Shown here: piece by piece, positions 51,601 to 60,600 of the stretch | Layout: the number at the start of each line of letters is the position of its first letter | Numbering within the stretch: position 1 is the first letter of the stretch | Assembly: GCA_030324005.1 (NCBI GenBank) | Contig: JARDVH010000121.1 | Coordinates: 38,021,077 to 38,085,076 of the forward strand | From: Negaprion brevirostris | Lineage: Eukaryota | DNA length: 64,000 bases | Reading direction: 5' to 3' | The notes under the pieces: generated by a model | Told to the model about the DNA's origin: nothing | Databases searched by the model: none | What the model saw: only the letters and a program-made list of their open reading frames with translations | Translations under genes and position numbers: made by a program

Positions 51601-54600
51601 TGCAGTGCCTTATCTTGTCAGCTTGGATCTTGTTTGGTCCCTGTGTGGAGAATTTGAAATGGATACAATTGGAATTTGAATTCGTTTTTTGGAGAAGCAA
51701 GGAATGGATTTAGGTTTGCCTGGCCAACTCTAAGTATTGGCATAGTAATTTTAAAGATGGGGTAAAAAGAAAATTAATAATCAATCACTCACATATTATA
51801 TTTCTTATTTATTTATCTAATTATTACAATTAACAGATTACTGTCATGTATGAATTTTCTTTTTCAACCAGAATGTCCTTGCGTCTTTCTTTTGGTGACT
51901 GCAGAATTGTATACTTTAATCTTGTAATGTTTATCACAAGAACTCCCATTAATAGCTAAAAAAATGCACAACACGTATAATGAGCTCATTTGACAGAATG
52001 ATGTAACACCAGGCCCATCATAGGGCATTTGTCTTCTGAAATTAATTCAGTTTCATTTCCCCCTCCATAGAAATACAAGGTGTTAATTGTTTTAGATGTA
52101 CCCAACATCAGTGCTAATTTTGTGACAATGTAAACAAGATACTAATTATGACAGCATCTCCCTGTTAAAAGAAAATCACATCTTGGATTACGTATCCACT
52201 GCTTATAGAATCATAGAACCCTAGAGTGCAGAAAGAGGTCATTCGGCCCATTGAGCCTACACCGACCACAACCCCACCAGGCCCTACCCCATATCCCTAC
52301 ATATTTTACCTGCTACTCCCTCTAACCTACGCACCTCAGGACACTAAGAGGCGATTTTAGCATGGCCAATCAACCTAACCCACACATCTTTGGACTGTGG
52401 GAGGAAATAGGAGCACCTGGAGGAAACCCACGCAGACATGAGGAGGATGTGCAAACTCCACACAGACAGTGACCCAAGCCAGGAATTGAACCCAGGTCCC
52501 TGGTGCTGTGAAGCAGCAGTGCTAACCACTGTACTACCATGCCGCCCTGTGCTTAGATTCTGAAAATGCTATCTCTGCAATCTCTGTGAATTCCTGTCTG
52601 CGTGTGCAGATTATTTTTTCTGCATTTTTTGGAAATTTCCACACCATACAAGTGTGATGATTGTGCAGCTTTGATGTGACTGTGTGTGTGGAAATGTGTG
52701 TTATTAAATGCACTTCATCACAAACTGCCATTTTTAAATATGCAGTTACCTCATCCTAATGCAGCTACTGTTTGCTGATGGATGCATCAAAGAGGGACTT
52801 GAGCATATTGTACAGAAAATGGATGGCCTTCATGGATTAGATCATCAGGGAGGGGTTTCTTAACAGTTTTGAGCTCTGATAAAAAAATGTGGTAAGAGAC
52901 TTCAAGGTTTTATGAAGGTTTGCAGAAGCCTAATTTCCCTTTGAACATTTGATGTTCCACACTGTGTAACCTTCTGTTATCTGTCTCATGTATTGTATTA
53001 GATTATATTACAATACTCGTGATGTGCACTCCCTGACATTACCACACCAGACAGCTTTGAATATGATTAAATCAACAGCAAGAAGTGATCACTGTAAATG
53101 TACGAGCTATTAATGGGGCAGCACGGTAGCATAGTAGTTAGCGCTGCTGCCTCACAGTGTCAGGAACCTGGGTTCAATTCCAGCTTTGCGTGACTGTGTG
53201 GAGTTTGCACATTCTCCCCGAGTCTATGTGGATTTTCTTTGGGTGCTCCGGTTTCCTCCCACAATCCAAAGATGTGCAGATTAGGCGGATAGGCCAGGCT
53301 AAATTGCCACCTAATATCTAAAACTGTGTAGGTTGGGGGTATTAGCTATGGAAAATGTGTGGGGTTACAGGGATAGAGCGGGGGAGAGAGCCTGGACAGA
53401 TACTTGATCAGAGAATCAGTGCAGATTTGACATGATGAATGACCTCATCTGCTTTGTAGAAATTCTATGATTCTATGTATATATGAATAAACTGATGAAC
53501 TACAAAAGAAATTGAGGGATAAGTTGAGTGAGTTTTTCCAAATCTCTTCAATTCTGAACAATGGGGACAATTCTCCCATGCTGCTGCACTAATTTTTTAG
53601 TAAGAGGTCCCATAACACCAGGTTAAAGTCCAACAGGTTTATTTGGTAGCAAAATTCACTAGCTTTCAGAGTGCTGCCCCTTTGTCAAGTGAATGGGAGT
53701 TCTGTTCACAAACAAGGCATATAAAGACACAAACTCAATTTACAACATAATGGTTGGAATGCGGATCTTTCCAGGTAATCTTTTAGCGCAGCGGGCTGGC
53801 GGGGGAGTAACTTGTGGGAATCCCACAAATGTTCATGCTCCGCTAATGTCTCCCAGTGCCGAATTTCCAGCAGTGTCTGCTCCACACTGGAAATCGACGG
53901 GGAGGCAGAGTTAGCATTAAATGATANNNNNNNNNNNNNNNNNNNNNNNNNNNNNNNNNNNNNNNNNNNNNNNNNNNNNNNNNNNNNNNNNNNNNNNNNN
54001 NNNNNNNNNNNNNNNNNNNNNNNNNNNNNNNNNNNNNNNNNNNNNNNNNNNNNNNNNNNNNNNNNNNNNNNNNNNNNNNNNNNNNNNNNNNNNNNNNNNN
54101 NNNNNNNNNNNNNNNNNNNNNNNNNNNNNNNNNNNNNNNNNNNNNNNNNNNNNNNNNNNNNNNNNNNNNNNNNNNNNNNNNNNNNNNNNNNNNNNNNNNN
54201 NNNNNNNNNNNNNNNNNNNNNNNNNNNNNNNNNNNNNNNNNNNNNNNNNNNNNNNNNNNNNNNNNNNNNNNNNNNNNNNNNNNNNNNNNNNNNNNNNNNN
54301 NNNNNNNNNNNNNNNNNNNNNNNNNNNNNNNNNNNNNNNNNNNNNNNNNNNNNNNNNNNNNNNNNNNNNNNNNNNNNNNNNNNNNNNNNNNNNNNNNACA
54401 CAAAGTGTGTAGTGAGATTCTAGTCTGAACTCCCACTGAAAAAACAATCGTGATTTACATCAATTTTCCCATGAATTCAACACTGAGAATGCTTTTTTGA
54501 AGAAAACCGCCTAATCCATCCTTAATCTTCAAAATGCATTATTTTGAAAATCTTCATAAGAATTCATATGATTAGTACGTATTATGGAATATCTGCCGAA

Positions 54601-57600
54601 GGAACCTCCCAAATTAGTACCTTTCACTCTGCTGTTATACATATTCTAAAGCCACTGTACACCAAGGGATTCATTGGAGAGAATCCAAATGATAGTGCAT
54701 CATTCGAATTATCTTTATCTTAGACTGGATTAGAATCTCAATCTAGAACTTTACATTTGAACTTTAGTTCAATCATGTTAATGCTTTTATTATTTTAGGA
54801 ATTTTATAATTGATTAATATCTAGAGCTGTCCAAATCCTGCAAGTGAACGATCCAAATGAGTAATTCAATGCTGGATTAGCAAATCACCAACTCCAGTGT
54901 TCACCCCTATCCACATGGCAGGGCAAGTCATCCTCCCTCAGTCTGATATATATGTGGTCCCTTGGGGCTATGATTACATGATGACCTCCATTTGTGGATG
55001 AAATAAAAACCTAAGCTATGTTGCTGACCAGGATAATTAGATAGCATTGGGTAATACATCTTACTTTCCTTATAACCCAGGGTTAACAGACCATTAGGTA
55101 CGATGCATGGAGAAAAAAACCTCAGAATAGTAAGAGATTCTGAGCATAGCTCATGCTTAAAGGAATCGCAGACCAATAACTATCCTGTATCTAAATCAAT
55201 GACTCCCCTTTCCCATCTACTTATTTCAATGTAAAATTAATGCATGATGAGAACCATGTCATAGGGGAGATGCTTTACATACTTTCCTTCTACAGATTGC
55301 ATGCTCTATCAGAAACACTGATATCCTGTATAATTGAAAATTTAATAGTGAAGATGAAATGGAGTTAAAGTGACAGATGAAACAAAAATATCCTCCTCAT
55401 TACATGATGAAGCAGGTTTATTGGAAATACGCCCATTCAAAAACTTAACAGCTGAGAATCATGAACCTGTTAGCAAATTACATAGTTGGGATTGCAGATG
55501 CACATGATTATTGTATAGCCCATCCGTGCGTATATCTGTGTATTAATTGATGTTATTTTCTTTATGTACATTAGGTGGCATAACATCAAGACATTGCCAG
55601 AAACAAAGTAACAATAACAAATATCTTACTGATAATGGTTGGGAGTACAGAAGTGCAGAAAATGGCAGATAGGCACCAGATTTCTCTCTTCCGCACTTGA
55701 TGCAATTCTATTTTGTGCTTGAAGTATTTTTAAGAGAATGAATTTAAAGACCAGTTAAAACTTGTTTCTAATTCACCAAGACACAGTAGGCTTTCACACA
55801 AAATGTAGATAGGAACATCACCCAGCAGTCGTATTTCAACAGTTGAAAGCAGTTCAAACTGAAATAAATTGGGTTGCAATAAGTGTTCTTTGCATTAAGG
55901 AGCGATAAGAGATATTTTGTGACCTCATGCTAATATTTGAATGAAGATTGTTGTCAACAATGACTAAGAAAATACTTCACTGTGTTTACAAGTGGGCTTT
56001 TACAACTGTAATGAAACAATAAACATCATTGTATTTTCTGGATGGCAATCAGGAGTCTACATTATAATGATTTATGCCAAGTAACAATCCTAATAGTGAA
56101 GTTTAACAGCTTGAACACGTTGCAAAATACAGATTCTACAAAAACAGAACATGATGGGAAACCTAAGCAACTCAAATGGCATTTGTGGAGAGAATAGAAA
56201 TATTTTTCTTTCATCTAGAGAACCAGATTTAATGAAATTGCTTGACCCATTAAGTCTTTCCACCAATTCCAGTTTTGTTGCAATGCATTAAATTTTGCAG
56301 TTCCTATACGAACCTGCAAAGCAAAAAACAGTGTAGAATTTTAAGAAAATTAGCAATATTTTCTTGTCAAAAATGTCTTGAGATTTTAAAAATATAAATA
56401 TTGAAGACAAAGCTTGAGTGAATTATTGTACATTTGAAGCCAGTGAGGACATTGTTTTCATGCTATAGAATCTTAGAGACATTAATAGCCATTTGCCAAA
56501 ATAGTGGGATAAAGTTTTCACATTGGGCACAAATACCTTACATTTCTCCAAATATATATGAGTAAATAACTGGAAATGTTAAAAAAAACCTTTAGACCTG
56601 ATATGAAAACATAGACATAGAAGGTAAGAGCAGGAGTTGGCCATTTGGCCCTTCAAGCCTGCTCCACCATTCATTATGATCATGACTGATTGTCCAACTC
56701 AATAGCCTAATCCTGCTTTCTTCCCTTCAAAGATAACCTTTGATCCCATTCGTCCCAACTTTAATCCCATTTGCCCCAAAACATAGCACATTTTGAAAGC
56801 TGAAAATGTTTTCATAAGTGGGACTTTAATTTAAATTTTCTTCTGATGCTCTGTTCCTCTTATGAAGAAGAATGCATATCTGAACTTAGTAGTAGATTTG
56901 GGTCAATTGGATCTGTCATATAGAGGAGCATGATGCACTGAAAATCATCAACAGAGAGTTGTGCAATAGAACTTTCTGCAATAGAATCCCTATATGCAGA
57001 AAGAGACCATTCAGCCCATTGAGTATGCACCAACTCTCCAAAAGAGCATCCTAGCCAGGCTCAACTGTCCACCACGAACTGCACCACCACCACTCCCCCC
57101 CTCATCCTTGTAGCCCCATGCATTTACCATGGCTAATCCACCTAACCTACACATTTTTGGACACTACGGGGCAAGGTCAATTCACCTAGTCTGCACATCT
57201 TTGGATGGTTGGAGGAAACCAGACCGTGCAGAAGAAACACATGCAGACATGGGGAGAGTGTGCAAATGCCACACGTTCACCCAAGGCCAAATTGAATCTG
57301 GGTCCATAGCACTGTGNNNNNNNNNNNNNNNNNNNNNNNNNNNNNNNNNNNNNNNNNNNNNNNNNNNNNNNNNNNNNNNNNNNNNNNNNNNNNNNNNNNN
57401 NNNNNNNNNNNNNNNNNNNNNNNNNNNNNNNNNNNNNNNNNNNNNNNNNNNNNNNNNNNNNNNNNNNNNNNNNNNNNNNNNNNNNNNNNNNNNNNNNNNN
57501 NNNNNNNNNNNNNNNNNNNNNNNNNNNNNNNNNNNNNNNNNNNNNNNNNNNNNNNNNNNNNNNNNNNNNNNNNNNNNNNNNNNNNNNNNNNNNNNNNNNN

Positions 57601-60600
57601 NNNNNNNNNNNNNNNNNNNNNNNNNNNNNNNNNNNNNNNNNNNNNNNNNNNNNNNNNNNNNNNNNNNNNNNNNNNNNNNNNNNNNNNNNNNNNNNNNNNN
57701 NNNNNNNNNNNNNNNNNNNNNNNNNNNNNNNNNNNNNNNNNNNNNNNNNNNNNNNNNNNNNNNNNNNNNNNNNNNNNNNNNNNNNNNNNNNNNNNNNNNN
57801 NNNNNNNNNNNNNNNNNNNNNNNNNNNNNNNNNNNNNNNNNNNNNNNTGAAATGTTACTATGCATTTGATGGAATAAGCATGCATAAAAAATAAAATTAA
57901 AGGGCAGAAAAAAATGAATCAAATTGTTGGCCAAAGATATGAATTTTTAGGGAATTACCTGAGTGTAAGACAAATAACCTAAGCAACATTCACATTAACC
58001 CCTGAGTACAGAATACCATTTATAGATCAGCACCACTGAATATTATAAAGTAAAAATTGCAAGGTAAAAAATTATGAGCAGTCCTTAGCTATAAACCTTA
58101 ATGGTGGTTCTTATTTTTGATGAAATGACAGTTTACAAGTCAGATACTGCAAAACTTAATAGTTACTGCATAGCCATGTTTTCTGCTGTGCATTGACAAG
58201 TCTTAAACCATGCAGTGCAATCAACAGTATCTTACCAGACCTTATCAAAATAAAGTAATTATTTGAACATATTTGTTTAAGATAGAATTTCATAAATGAA
58301 GAAAATTATTGGCTGATTCAACCAACACTATTTCAAAAATCTAATCCACTACTGCACAAAAGACTAAAGAGATAAAAATAAATATATGCTGGCTGAAAAT
58401 ATGAAACATTCATTAAAACACCAGGCACTTTATTATAGGAACCCTACACCAACCCCCTGCACCCCCTCCCTCTCGTGTTGCAGCACAGACTGCAGTACAA
58501 GTGATTTGACACTCATAGACACTGCCTCAGCTTGGTGCAGGTCTCAGCTGTGACGACACAGCCTGCAAATCTGTTCCGACACTGCAGATACCGCAAACCT
58601 TCTTTGTCATTAGTGACAACAAATTAACTGTTCCTTTACAATAATTAGTCTTCATAGGTTTATTTATTCACACCATTCTGCAAGGTTATGCCGTGTCCTA
58701 GAAATATGTTGACTTCCATAATATTAACTCAAATTAAAATAAATGCTTCACATAAATATCTCGAAGCCTATCTATTTTCATGCCCCGGAATGCTAAGAAA
58801 CAGATCCATAATTTGTCTAAAATTGATCAAATTAATGAATATTTAAAAATCATTTTCATTTTCTTTTAACAATTGACTAGCATAGAATGAGAGCCATTAA
58901 TATTACATTTTAAGTGCTTCAACATTTTAAATTGTTTATTAGCTTCACTTTTTCCAACTCAGTATATATAAATATATTCTTCATCTCAACAAATTGCTTT
59001 CCACAATTTTATTTCTACCAATTTTACACACACAAAATTTAATTTTGCTATGTGATAATTAGTAATGTATTTTGACTATAGTTCATTGTTCTAAGTGTCA
59101 AGTGAGGAAACATTTGCAAATAAATATAATTTGACTTTCATTTGGATGCGTGCTTTGTGTAGCAAATTATATTGTTTCCAAGTTTAACTACTGGAGGTCC
59201 AACAATATAAGGTTGCTACATGCTTTCTAGAATATCTAATGCATGAGATCTGATTAATGCGAAGTATCTTGCAAAATGTGCACACATGAGACACCTGAGA
59301 ATTTCCTCAGGGATTTTGTACATCAGGTGATAATTTGTATGCAAGATCCCCATTACACAACCTGATTTTCTTGAGAGTTTACTAATCAGTGTCCCTGAGT
59401 GGCTATTCTGTTATAATGCCCTCTGATAAATGGCCTCATGATGGAGTTGGACTTGTTGCTACCTACCCAGAATGCCATTCTCTCAGTAATGAACCTAATG
59501 TTCTGTAAAATCATCTCTCTAAACAAGAGTTTGCTTGGTGTGACTGAGACCTCAGTGGATCTTGGTTGAAAAGGGCTAATGGAACCATAAATTATAATTA
59601 TTTATATTGCACTGGAGATAAACTTCATTCTGGAAGAATTAAGGCCTGCCCATCTCTTAGCAACACTGCAAAAACACCATTGTTTTAGATTTCCTCAGCA
59701 GACAGTCTGCTTCTCTCATAGCTGTTATTTATTAACACCACCAAGCATCTCAAAAAGGCCTGGCCAGAGACAAATTATCTTTGTCTAGCAGTTTCCATAG
59801 CCATTAATTCTCTCCAACATCGCTCAATAATGCAGGTCCAATGGCTCTGGGATTTAGCTTCTATGGTCTCAGCAAAATAAATAGCAAATAGCTCCTTACA
59901 AAATAATTTTGCTCATTCAAAGCTTCCTTATTTTAAATGGGAGTCCACGTTTTTAATATTTGAAGGGAATATGCAGAAATCCAACAAAAGACCAGGCAAA
60001 GCAATAGATTTCAATTCAGGCATCATTTCCTGGTAAATACGGGCTTGAGAAAAATGAAGGGCTGTTGATTACAGTTTTTCTCGTTTAAAGATTTAACTGA
60101 CCTAGTTTCAGTAATGTTCCATGGCCTATTTCCATTGCAAATTGCTAACTATACACATTTCTAGCTCCCACTGGGCTTGCTGTCAATGTTATTTCTGATC
60201 AATTTATTCGAAAGGCAATTTCCTCCCATGCACTGCCCCAGGCTGTATAGGCACACTGTACCTTCAGAATTTACCATCCACCCAGGAAAGTAATATGGCT
60301 GCTGGGTGGAACCTTCTGCATTAAGTCATATTCCCCTCACACAGCTTTTAGAATACTGAAAATCATTGCTGAAGAACATTGCCCTTCTGCTTTCCATTGT
60401 CTTAAACAATACAGTCATGGCTTATTAACAGCTATGTACCTGTCTATACAATTATAACATTTACTTACATTAAAATTAAAATATCAGGTTTTTAAATAAT
60501 TGCTTAAAGCTTCCAACAGAACTGAAATTCAGCAGATGTATTTCACTCTGCATTCGGCTCTGCTCTAGACAAGTGAAAGGCTGAAAGAATTTGCAGCAAC

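Noticed and set aside
50929-51715. Functional U1/U2 snRNA genes
   Set aside because: Many substitutions, deletions and insertions, no intact 3' stem-loops, and upstream sequence is a LINE tail rather than an snRNA promoter.
51872-51930. Plus-strand acceptor followed by AATGTCCTT, same 9-mer as at 30257
   Set aside because: Short match with no extended homology and frames close quickly; likely coincidence.
38285-57934. Long ORFs spanning N-runs (e.g. 38285..39061, 53706..54401, 57129..57869; also 10794..11507)
   Set aside because: Open only because N translates as X; flanks are TE or non-coding sequence.
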